DNA of 32,000 nt, from assembly GCA_031316235.1 (NCBI GenBank), contig JALDRA010000001.1:3420001-3452000 (forward strand), written 5' to 3'. A program made the translations under genes and the position numbers. The notes below the pieces were generated by a model, which saw only the letters and a program-made list of their open reading frames with translations, made no database searches and was not told the origin of the DNA. This document shows, in pieces, positions 8,646 to 17,456 of this stretch (position 1 is the stretch's first letter; every line of letters begins with the position of its first letter). Origin of the DNA: Candidatus Scalindua sp. Lineage in GTDB: Bacteria; Planctomycetota; Brocadiia; Brocadiales; Scalinduaceae.

Positions 8646-9416
8646 ATGAAAAAAATTATTGAAAGTTGTGTGAAAAGTGTCGTAATAGCCTTTATTATGG
8701 TTTCGTTTACGTTACTTGTCAGTAAGAGTAGTGTTAATGCTGAGTATGTGGGTGGGGATGTATCCAATGGCGGATCAATTTCTGGTACGATTAAGCTGAA
8801 GGGCGATACACCGGAGGTAAAGATGTTAAAGGTTGATAAGGATCAGGCAACCTGCGGTCACGATGATATAGAATCAGAAGCACTGATTTTATCAGCGGAC
8901 AATGGTATTAAGGATGCTGTTATTTCGATTACAGACATCACCAAGGGGAAAAAGTTTCCTGCTGATAAGCTAGAGATAGATCAGAAAGAATGTATATTCA
9001 TACCTCATGTGACATTAGCGCCAAAGGGGCAGACGGTTGAGCTGTTAAATAGTGACGATGTTATGCATAATCTGCATTCGTACTCGATGAAAAATACTGC
9101 TTTTAATGAAGGGGTTACAGGTGGTGGTAAACTTCCCAAAAATTTTGAATATGCTGAAACTATCAAAATTACCTGTGACGTGCATACCTGGATGACTTCA
9201 TGGCTGATTGTTCAGGATCACCCATATTATGTATTGAGTGACGAAAATGGTAAATATACGATTGACAATGTTCCTGCAGGTGACTACACTCTTCAGGTCT
9301 GGCAGGAATCTCTTGGAAAGACTACACAAAAGGTATCAGTAAAAGCAGGGGAAAACACCACAGTAGATTTTGAATTAGAGAAGAAATCTCAGAAAAAATC
9401 CAGAAAACGAAGGTAA
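8646..9416 (+). CDS. Secreted cupredoxin-like protein with C-terminal CarboxypepD_reg-like domain (paralog of 591..1304)
   Basis: AAAGGAG SD lies 7 nt upstream of the ATG and the N-terminus is signal-like. VMHNL plus CDVHTWM (C-x2-H-x2-M) give the ligand set. The C-terminus reads GKYTIDNVPAGDYTLQVWQESL...TTVDFEL. Confidence 0.75.
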   Translation: MKKIIESCVKSVVIAFIMVSFTLLVSKSSVNAEYVGGDVSNGGSISGTIKLKGDTPEVKMLKVDKDQATCGHDDIESEALILSADNGIKDAVISITDITKGKKFPADKLEIDQKECIFIPHVTLAPKGQTVELLNSDDVMHNLHSYSMKNTAFNEGVTGGGKLPKNFEYAETIKITCDVHTWMTSWLIVQDHPYYVLSDENGKYTIDNVPAGDYTLQVWQESLGKTTQKVSVKAGENTTVDFELEKKSQKKSRKRR

Positions 9417-9548
9417 TTGATACAGATGATTTGAAAATTTTTATTTATCTGTAATTTTTCTGTCTCAAAATCTTTAGACTCGATTAAAATAATTTTTTTT
9501 ACATATTTTGTAAAATTACTAATTAGGTAAAAACTAACATTGAATACC

Positions 9549-11492
9549 ATGAAACATTTTATCAAAGGGAAAAGCTGTAAGGTACTCTTTTCGTTCCTGT
9601 TTATTCTGATACTTCAGCTTGTTACGTCCCAGTATGTCGAGGCGCAGGAAAGTGGTGAGCTTGTACAATACCGGAATTTCTTCGGTATAGATGCACGTTT
9701 GATGGTGTGGATAGTTTCTGAATTGCATCTGATGTTTGCAGCGTTTGTACTTGGAGTTCCAATGTTTGCAGTAACGGTGGAGATTATCGGTGTAAAGTCC
9801 GGGGACATCAGATTTGACAACCTGGCACGAGAATTTACGAAACTTTTGTCAGCGGCCTTTGCTACAACTGCTGCATTGGGTGGCTTACTCGCATTTTGCC
9901 TGTATGGGATGTATCCCGGATTCATGCGCTATATGACCGATGTGTTCCATCCAATAATGTTCATATATGCTTTGCTTTTCTTTGCAGAGGCTTTCTGTTT
10001 GTACGGATATTATTATTCGTGGGACATACTCAAAGAGAAGGGTAAGTGGTTTCATATTTTTCTTGGTATCATGTTAAATGTCTTCGGTACGACATTGATG
10101 TTTCTCGCAAATTCCTGGGCAACGTTTATGATGTCGCCTGATGGCATAGATCTGGAAACCGGAGCTGTTACCAGTTTACATGCTGCCTTTGATAATTTTC
10201 TCTGGATGCCGGTTAATATACACCGACTGATTGCAAATGTTGCTTTTGGTGGTTTTGTTGTTGGTGCTTATGCGGCGGTGAAATTCATGGGATCTAAAAG
10301 TGATGAAGATAAAGCTCACTATGATTGGATGGGTTATATCGGTAATTTTATTGGTCTGGCAGCCTTGATACCTCTTCCTTTTGCCGGGTATTACCTTGGG
10401 CGTGAGATTTACAGTGCGAGCCCGGTTATGGGAAATATAATGATGGGTGGAGCATTTTCCTGGACCTTCATCATACAGGCTATTCTCATCGGTATGCTCT
10501 TCATCGGTGGAAACTATTATCTGTGGAATGGAATGGACAGAATTGAAGGTGCAGATCGTTATCGGAAATTTATAATATTTATTAATGTTATAATTTTCTT
10601 CTGCTTTGCGGTATGGTTAACTCCTCATAATCTTCCGCTGAGTGGTGAAGAGAGAGCCTTGATTGGAGAGCAGTATCACCCCTTCTCCAAATTCTTCGGT
10701 GTTATGGCTGCAAAGAATGCGGTAGTGAATCTTCTGATACTTTCAACATTTTTCAGCTTTCTTATCTATCGCAGGGCAAATAAAGGAGAGATTGTCACAT
10801 TTTCAAAGCATGGTAATTCCGCTCGCATAGCTCTGATTATTACCGCAGGGCTGACTATTCTATATCTGGCATGGTATGCAATGGGTTTACGTGCTGTAGA
10901 GTTGGATGCAAATATCAAACAGTACATTACACCTCTTCTTGCGTGTATAGCAATACAAATTACCGCTATAGTTATTGCGGTTCTCATGACTTTTGCTAAC
11001 AGAGGAAAATCTGCTCAAATTTTTCTTTTCATAGTGACTACTCTCATAGCGGTGGTTTATTTAGCCTATTATGGGTTTGTGGTCATGGAGAAGGCGAACA
11101 TGGTTTTACGGTTTTTGTCTGTGACCCAGGTGTCTGTTGTTATCAGTTGTTTAATTGTCAACGCAGTTTTAGATGTATTTATCTTCAAGAATGCTAAGGA
11201 AGTGGGAAAAATTCGCTGGGGTAAAATTCCGCTCCGATCACAATATGCATTACTTTTGCTCTGTGTGGCGATAGTAACGCTGATGGGTCTCATGGGATTC
11301 ATACGTTCTGGACTGCGGATGAACTGGCATATTTATGGCTATATGCAGGATACTTCGCCTGGAGCATTTACCCCCAGTATTTCATACATGGGTTTAACAA
11401 CTACTTTGATTGTAGTTCTTTTCCTGGCTCTTGTTTCCTTTGTATTCTGGTTAGCAGGTCTTGGAGATAAGAAGAAAGGGGGCCATGCTTAA
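9549..11492 (+). CDS. Orphan cytochrome bd subunit I (CydA)-like polytopic membrane protein, no adjacent CydB
   Basis: The ORF track gives 9540..11492 (TTG); the first ATG is at 9549. CydA-like landmarks are ELHLMFAAFVLGVPMF (N-terminal His), LANSWATFMMSPDG and NIHRLIANVAFGGFVVGAY (second His). About 14-15 hydrophobic helices are visible by eye. No long hydrophilic Q-loop is seen. Confidence 0.7.
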   Translation: MKHFIKGKSCKVLFSFLFILILQLVTSQYVEAQESGELVQYRNFFGIDARLMVWIVSELHLMFAAFVLGVPMFAVTVEIIGVKSGDIRFDNLAREFTKLLSAAFATTAALGGLLAFCLYGMYPGFMRYMTDVFHPIMFIYALLFFAEAFCLYGYYYSWDILKEKGKWFHIFLGIMLNVFGTTLMFLANSWATFMMSPDGIDLETGAVTSLHAAFDNFLWMPVNIHRLIANVAFGGFVVGAYAAVKFMGSKSDEDKAHYDWMGYIGNFIGLAALIPLPFAGYYLGREIYSASPVMGNIMMGGAFSWTFIIQAILIGMLFIGGNYYLWNGMDRIEGADRYRKFIIFINVIIFFCFAVWLTPHNLPLSGEERALIGEQYHPFSKFFGVMAAKNAVVNLLILSTFFSFLIYRRANKGEIVTFSKHGNSARIALIITAGLTILYLAWYAMGLRAVELDANIKQYITPLLACIAIQITAIVIAVLMTFANRGKSAQIFLFIVTTLIAVVYLAYYGFVVMEKANMVLRFLSVTQVSVVISCLIVNAVLDVFIFKNAKEVGKIRWGKIPLRSQYALLLLCVAIVTLMGLMGFIRSGLRMNWHIYGYMQDTSPGAFTPSISYMGLTTTLIVVLFLALVSFVFWLAGLGDKKKGGHA

Positions 11493-11625
11493 TCAAATTG
11501 AGAAATGATACAAAAATTAGGGAATATTCATGGCGTTTCTGTGGATTAGTTTGTTTTGTATGAATTCGTAAGGGAGCTTTCATAACATTTTAAATTGTGT
11601 TATTAGGAGTTAAAAAGCAAAGAAA

Positions 11626-12573
11626 ATGGCAAGTTTTGGTAAATCTATAATATTTACGTTACTGATTTTAGGGTTTTTTGTATATGTATGTTACTATGTA
11701 ACAGGATTATCAGGTGGCTCTGGCGGGGGAGAGGCAAAGGGCATCAATCCGGAGGCTGGCGAGCAGATCTACTGGGGTGACGGACAGTGCAGTACCTGCC
11801 ACAGCATCGGGTCCTCCGGAAGCGCTACGAGAGGACCAAATCAGGAAGGTCTTGCAGCAAGGGCTGAGGAGAGGGCTAAAGAGAGAGGTATGGCTACCGG
11901 ACTTGAGTATCTCATAGAATCTATCGTAGCACCTGGTGAATACGTTGTCGAGGGTTTTGATAATATCATGCCGAAGGTTTACGAAGCACCGATTCTCTTG
12001 GAGCGCGATCAGATAATGGCAGTACTTTCATACCTGCAAACGTTAGGTGGAGAGCCTGACATTGCCGCGATCAATAAACTCAAAGATAAAATTCCTCAGG
12101 CATCTAAGAGCAAGGTTATTCCATGGATTCCTCCTATAGAGGTGGAACCCAGCGTAGGAGAGCAAATTTTCTTCGATGGTACACGTGAAGTTACTTGTTC
12201 AAAATGTCATATGGTTAATGGTAAAGGAGCCAAGGTTGGTCCGGACTTGACCGGGATTGGTGCAGTGCAGACTCCTCAATATATTATTGAGTCTATCCTG
12301 AAACCCAGTCAGGTAATCGTCAATGGTTTTGAAACCATGTATCTTATTACAACTGATGGCATGGCTTATAACGGTATAGTGCAGAGTCAGTCTGAAGAAG
12401 AGACCGTGTTGTTGGTAGATGAAGAGGGTGAGATTGCCGAATATGTATTTTATCCAGATGAGATAGAGCAGATGCAGAAACAGGAAATTTCGATAATGCC
12501 TGGTAATTTTGGAGAGATGTTGACAACTTATGAATTTTATGGGATTGTTTCATATCTTTTGAGTTTAAAATAG
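11626..12573 (+). CDS. Membrane-anchored diheme c-type cytochrome
   Basis: CSTCH and CSKCH motifs, with an N-terminal TM helix (SIIFTLLILGFFVYVCYYVTGL). Confidence 0.8.
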   Translation: MASFGKSIIFTLLILGFFVYVCYYVTGLSGGSGGGEAKGINPEAGEQIYWGDGQCSTCHSIGSSGSATRGPNQEGLAARAEERAKERGMATGLEYLIESIVAPGEYVVEGFDNIMPKVYEAPILLERDQIMAVLSYLQTLGGEPDIAAINKLKDKIPQASKSKVIPWIPPIEVEPSVGEQIFFDGTREVTCSKCHMVNGKGAKVGPDLTGIGAVQTPQYIIESILKPSQVIVNGFETMYLITTDGMAYNGIVQSQSEEETVLLVDEEGEIAEYVFYPDEIEQMQKQEISIMPGNFGEMLTTYEFYGIVSYLLSLK

Positions 12574-12618
12574 TAACTGTTTTGAAATTAGTGCATTAAT
12601 ATAGAAGGAACTGAACGG

Positions 12619-13389
12619 ATGCAGAAAAAGAAACATTCATATTCGATGATATGGGCCATAATCTCGATACTTATTGTCTTTTGTATAATTAAATTTGTAT
12701 CACCATATGCGTTCATGATGCTGTTGGGTAAAGATCATACAATGCCAACTCCCAGTACCTTAATGTTATGGTACATGATTCTTGGTGTTCTGGGAGCGCT
12801 TGTCTATGTTTCTACCAGTGATTTAAAATGGGCAAACTTTTTAAGTTTCATGCTTCCGGGTGAGGATGACCGGACCAAGAAGATGCTCCAAAAGTTGATC
12901 GTGGTTGCATTTCCTTTGTTGCTGGGCTGGTTTGTCTATTCAGGAACTTCTCCTGGAACAGCATCTCCTGTTGAGCTGAGGATACAGCATCCTACTTTGC
13001 TGCAAAAGTATGAAAAAATGGAGAATCCATTCGCACACGTATCCGAAGAATTAAAAGAGCGCTATATTGAAGAAGGAAAGCACCTTTATCAACAGAACTG
13101 CCGGCCCTGCCATGGTTCAAAGGCCGATGGAAACGGTCCTTTCGCCAATTCGTTTCGATTGCGACCTATTAATTTTACTGATCCCGGTACAATAGCAACA
13201 GTTGTTGAGAGTTTCGCCTTCTGGCGTATTATGGAGGGTGGCCCCGGGTTGCCAGATGAGTCTACACCATGGGACTCTGCAATGCCTGCATGGGAAGGAA
13301 CACTGACAGATGATCAGGTTTGGAAGATTATTATGGGAGAATATGCAACTGCCGGGGTGAAACCAAGGCAGAGGGAGGAAATGGAATAG
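12619..13389 (+). CDS. Monoheme c-type cytochrome with three N-terminal TM helices
   Basis: A single CRPCH followed by GSKADGNG (class I / cbb3-type cytochrome c domain). Three hydrophobic segments precede it. GAAGGA SD lies upstream. Confidence 0.8.
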   Translation: MQKKKHSYSMIWAIISILIVFCIIKFVSPYAFMMLLGKDHTMPTPSTLMLWYMILGVLGALVYVSTSDLKWANFLSFMLPGEDDRTKKMLQKLIVVAFPLLLGWFVYSGTSPGTASPVELRIQHPTLLQKYEKMENPFAHVSEELKERYIEEGKHLYQQNCRPCHGSKADGNGPFANSFRLRPINFTDPGTIATVVESFAFWRIMEGGPGLPDESTPWDSAMPAWEGTLTDDQVWKIIMGEYATAGVKPRQREEME

Positions 13390-13470
13390 GGATCTTTGTT
13401 TTTTTTTAATGAAGAATTGTAATCACTTTTTATTGATGGCATATTAATACTTACTATTTAGAAAACTACG

Positions 13471-15219
13471 ATGAGCAAAAAAAAAGAGCAGTCAAATTAT
13501 TATTTTGAGTTTACGAGATATCTTTTTTTGATACTTGTTGCTTTCGTGCTTTTTTCACGATTTGGGTATACACAGACCTCTCAGCTCTTTAGGACGTATA
13601 AGAGTGAGATCACCGGTAAAGTACCTGAAACCCAGGATGCGGTTGCGGCAGGAAAGAAAATTTACGAAAAGAAGTGCTACTACTGCCATGGGATCAAGGG
13701 TGACGGGAAAGGTTCTGATGCCCTTAGGCTTAATCCAAGGCCGAGAAATTTCATCAGGAACGAGTATAAAATACGTTCAACACCTCTTCATGAACTTCCG
13801 ACTGATGAAGATCTTTTCAGGATTATAACAAGCGGAATTGAGGGAACAGATATGCCCTTTTGGAGTTCACTGTCCAGTGAAGAGAGGTGGCAGGTCGTTT
13901 ATTACATAAAAACTTTCAATACTGCTTTTGAAAAAAAATCTCAGAACGCATCAACTTCTGGTGGCAACGAGATTCCGGTGAGCCCGGAGTCAGTTAAAAT
14001 TGGTAGTGAGCTCTTTAAAGATGCAAAATGCGTAAACTGTCACGGTGAGGGTGGTAAGGCTGATGGTAAAATAACTACGACATTAGAGGGCATCTGGGAT
14101 CGTCCCTATCGTGCAAGGAATCTGACGAAAAGCTGGCTTTTTAAAGGTGGTAATGCTGCTTCAGATATTCATAGAACCCTGACGAATGGATTAAATGAAA
14201 CACCGATGGGTTCCTATGCAGAATATCTGTCAGATGAGGAGCGATGGCATCTGGCTCATTATGTCAAATCAATTTCTAAAACAATGGATACCGATGTGGT
14301 GCTTACCTCGAAAATAGTAGAAAGTTATCTTCCTGCTGGACCCGATGATCCGGTCTGGGATACAATCACCTCGGTTGAATTGCCATTGGCCGGGCAGATC
14401 ATCGCTAAACCGAGACAGTGGATGCCGTCCGTTGATTCAATCAAGGTCAAGTCTTTTTTTACTGATGAGTATATTGTCTTTCTGCTTGAGTGGGACGATA
14501 CGACAAACGAGCAGAATGAGACGTTTAGTGATTCGGTAGCCTTACAATTTCCCACATCAATCCCTGATGGATCTGAGAAACCCTATTTTGCGATGGGTAG
14601 TTCCGGGAAGGGTGTTACGATATGGCAATGGAGGGCGTATGATGAATCTCTTCAAATTGCCGAAAATGATTTAGAAGAAACGGATAAGGCGGACACAGCA
14701 ACCGATGGTGGCAGCAGCCTGGATGATAAAGAGGTTGAAGAAGATTCCGGTGATGTGGGTGTAAACACCCCTGAAAATGAGCAGGCAGAGATTGTTGAAG
14801 AAGAAGAGATGAAGCCTCTTTTTACCGAGTTTGCAACTTTAAGGGAAATGAATGCAAAGGGCTTTACGAATGTGAGCGTTCAGCCTTCCAGCAGCCAGCT
14901 TACCCGGGGACTTGGGGTATGGAGAAATGGTAAATGGAAGGTAATGGTAGCCAGTCCGATAGCCACAAATGACAAGAAGCTCGATATTCAATTTGAAGAG
15001 GGAAAGCTCATACCGTATGCCTTGGCGGTATGGGACGGATCTAAGCAGGAGGTTGGTGGGCTTAAATCTATTTCATCTTGGTATTATTTGAATTTGGAGA
15101 AAGTTACACCAAAAAGTGTCTATTTTTATGTTGTTATTGCAATAATAATTGGAACCAGTATTCAATTTTGGGTTATTGGAAGAGTAAGACGATTTCCCCC
15201 GAAGGTTAATGAAGAATAA
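13471..15219 (+). CDS. Diheme cytochrome c fused to an EB_dh (ethylbenzene dehydrogenase gamma / NxrC-NarC-like) heme b domain, C-terminal TM anchor
   Basis: CYYCHGIKGDGKG and CVNCHGEGGKADG form a CcoP-like diheme unit. The EB_dh-like strings are VALQFPTS..PYFAMGSSGKGVTIWQWRA and ALAVWDGSKQEVGGLKSISSWYYL. An acidic insert spans 14641-14817. The C-terminal TM is VYFYVVIAIIIGTSIQFWVIG. Confidence 0.7.
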   Translation: MSKKKEQSNYYFEFTRYLFLILVAFVLFSRFGYTQTSQLFRTYKSEITGKVPETQDAVAAGKKIYEKKCYYCHGIKGDGKGSDALRLNPRPRNFIRNEYKIRSTPLHELPTDEDLFRIITSGIEGTDMPFWSSLSSEERWQVVYYIKTFNTAFEKKSQNASTSGGNEIPVSPESVKIGSELFKDAKCVNCHGEGGKADGKITTTLEGIWDRPYRARNLTKSWLFKGGNAASDIHRTLTNGLNETPMGSYAEYLSDEERWHLAHYVKSISKTMDTDVVLTSKIVESYLPAGPDDPVWDTITSVELPLAGQIIAKPRQWMPSVDSIKVKSFFTDEYIVFLLEWDDTTNEQNETFSDSVALQFPTSIPDGSEKPYFAMGSSGKGVTIWQWRAYDESLQIAENDLEETDKADTATDGGSSLDDKEVEEDSGDVGVNTPENEQAEIVEEEEMKPLFTEFATLREMNAKGFTNVSVQPSSSQLTRGLGVWRNGKWKVMVASPIATNDKKLDIQFEEGKLIPYALAVWDGSKQEVGGLKSISSWYYLNLEKVTPKSVYFYVVIAIIIGTSIQFWVIGRVRRFPPKVNEE

Positions 15220-16729
15220 TACAATGAAAAAAAATAATTTGATAATCAGAAATCTTGAACTACTTGCTGCAACTGGGCTTTTTATTTTTTCAATTATTGT
15301 ATTGACCCCTTTGTCAATTCGTGCAGAAGCCAACAAGGATCAGAAGTTTTATCTAGAGATAGAGGAGTTATACAACGGTAAAAAAGAGTATAAGCAGCTG
15401 CCGATACAGCTGGAGGATCCATATGATCGCTCGAAAAATGGTCCTACGCTCAAGAATGTTATCCACAAGGCAAGCAAAGAGTGGTTGAAGAAGTGGATAG
15501 ATAATCCAACCTCCATGATTCCAAATGCTCGTATGCCGAGACTTATGTTAAGTGAAAGTGAGATTGAAGCAGTTCTGGCGTATTTAACAAGCATTGCCGA
15601 TAAGGATATTCCCCGACAGAAGTGGGATGAATACCTTATGAAAAGTGAAGATGATATGACCGACGATGAGTATGATGAAATGAATGATTTGAGCGATAAG
15701 GGTAAAGGTGTATGGGGAAGGGCACGTTGTAATATATGCCATCCAGTTAAAGGTAAAGGAGGTTCTGTTGATGTCGGGCCAGATCTCGGCAGGTTAGCGG
15801 AGAAATTGAACCGTGACTGGTTATATATGTGGATTAAAGAACCAAAAAGCCATTTCCGTGATACTCAAATGCCACGATATCGATTCAGTGATGATGAGAT
15901 ACGTCAATTGGTAGAATTTCTCATGCAGTCATATGATTTTAAACCTGAAGAGAGCGATGATGAGGAAAATGAATCAGATTCTCAGGAAAATGATTCTGGA
16001 TCAGGAGAACCTGAAGATGATACTGAAAAGGAAGGTTCAATAAGGGTCTCATCGCTTATCCCTGAAGGCTCTTTAATTGAAAAGGGTAAGAGGATTATTG
16101 AACTGAACAGATGCACTATCTGCCATGAAATTGAAGGGATAGCAGATCTTCTCCCTGTTAAAGAACCCAGTGTAGAACCTGAAAATACCTTTGCACATTT
16201 ATTGAATGATGTTCGTTGTATGACGTGTCATAAAATACAGGGTAATGGTGGTTCTTATGCTCCTGAACTGACACATGAAGGGAGCAAACTTAAACAGAAA
16301 TGGATTAAGGGTTTCTTACAGAAGCCTGATATTATCCGTCCTCTATTACAGCAGATGCCTAAATTTAACATTACTGAGGATGAGGCTGAGCTTGCAGTTG
16401 AGTTTATTGAGGAATACTTTGTAAACGACGATATTCCTGTTGCAAAGTTTGCCGACAGAGAGCCAACTGACGAGGAAATCAGTAAAGGTAAGGAGCTTTA
16501 TGATGTAAAGGGGTGTAGAAGTTGCCATGCGATACAAGAGGGAGGAATTGTTGGTCCAACATTAAAAAGAGTTGGTGACAGGTTAGAAAATGGTTTTATA
16601 TATCATCATCTGAAAAATCCTCACCTGGAAGTTCCTGATGGAGTTGAACCAAATTTTCAATTTTCGGATGAAGAGGCGGTTGCTATCACGAATTATCTGA
16701 TGTCATGTAAGGATAAGGAAAAAAATTAA
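15209..16729 (+). CDS. Membrane-anchored tetraheme c-type cytochrome with an N-terminal heme-less cytochrome-c-like domain
   Basis: Motifs CNICH, CTICH, CMTCH and CRSCH. It overlaps the previous stop by 11 nt; the alternative ATG is 15224. The N-terminal hydrophobic anchor is LELLAATGLFIFSIIVLTPL. An acidic linker reads DDEENESDSQENDSGSGEPEDD. Confidence 0.8.
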   Translation: MKNNTMKKNNLIIRNLELLAATGLFIFSIIVLTPLSIRAEANKDQKFYLEIEELYNGKKEYKQLPIQLEDPYDRSKNGPTLKNVIHKASKEWLKKWIDNPTSMIPNARMPRLMLSESEIEAVLAYLTSIADKDIPRQKWDEYLMKSEDDMTDDEYDEMNDLSDKGKGVWGRARCNICHPVKGKGGSVDVGPDLGRLAEKLNRDWLYMWIKEPKSHFRDTQMPRYRFSDDEIRQLVEFLMQSYDFKPEESDDEENESDSQENDSGSGEPEDDTEKEGSIRVSSLIPEGSLIEKGKRIIELNRCTICHEIEGIADLLPVKEPSVEPENTFAHLLNDVRCMTCHKIQGNGGSYAPELTHEGSKLKQKWIKGFLQKPDIIRPLLQQMPKFNITEDEAELAVEFIEEYFVNDDIPVAKFADREPTDEEISKGKELYDVKGCRSCHAIQEGGIVGPTLKRVGDRLENGFIYHHLKNPHLEVPDGVEPNFQFSDEEAVAITNYLMSCKDKEKN

Positions 16730-16750
16730 ATTTTTCGAAAAAAAATTATT

Positions 16751-17380
16751 ATGAGAAAATTAATTCAAACTACGGCTTTAAAATTTATTGTTGTTTTAAC
16801 AGCATCATTCTTAGTTTCAAATATTTTTCTTCGTGTAGTTATCAGTGAAGAAGCAGTTACAGAAGTGGCTGTAGAAATCAAGAAAATTATCTTGCTTGAA
16901 GAACAGAAACCTTATCTAACAACGCCGAAGAATACGTTTAATTATTACTGTGCACCTTGCCATGGAGACAAAGGGAATGGAAAGGGGATCTATTTTACTA
17001 TAGACCTTGAACCAAAACCAAGGGACCTTACAGATGTTGAATACATGGCAAAGCTGACCGATGATTACCTGCTCAATTACATCAAAACAGGCTCAGCAGC
17101 AATGGGAAAGTCAGATTTATGTCCACCATGGGGAGGGACCTTTGATGAGAAGAGAATAAAAGAAATAATCGGTCATATTCGATCACTGACAATTGCAAAA
17201 TCGGGTAGTGGTGAAAAAGCTGTCACCGGTACTGAAGATGTAGCCGCAGCCAAAGCGTCGGCTGCCGATGATACGCCTATGTTCATTAAATGGGGTGTGC
17301 TCATTTTCTTGTGTCTCGTATGTATGTTTGCTGCACGTAAAGAGTGGAAGAAACTGAAATCGGAAACTGAGTCTAAATAG
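16751..17380 (+). CDS. Monoheme c-type cytochrome with N-terminal signal/anchor and C-terminal TM helix
   Basis: CAPCHGDKGNGKG motif and a C-terminal helix WGVLIFLCLVCMFAA. Confidence 0.8.
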   Translation: MRKLIQTTALKFIVVLTASFLVSNIFLRVVISEEAVTEVAVEIKKIILLEEQKPYLTTPKNTFNYYCAPCHGDKGNGKGIYFTIDLEPKPRDLTDVEYMAKLTDDYLLNYIKTGSAAMGKSDLCPPWGGTFDEKRIKEIIGHIRSLTIAKSGSGEKAVTGTEDVAAAKASAADDTPMFIKWGVLIFLCLVCMFAARKEWKKLKSETESK

Positions 17381-17456
17381 GTGTTAATAGATTCATTGTT
17401 ACCGCTGCTATCGGTACTATACACAAATTTCAATATTTATTTGAGAACTTTATAAA

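Noticed and set aside
11530-11571. 13-aa hydrophobic mini-ORF (MAFLWISLFCMNS) after the CydA-like gene, considered as a CydX-like peptide
   Set aside because: It is far shorter than known CydX/CydS peptides, has only a weak SD, and nothing distinguishes it from chance.
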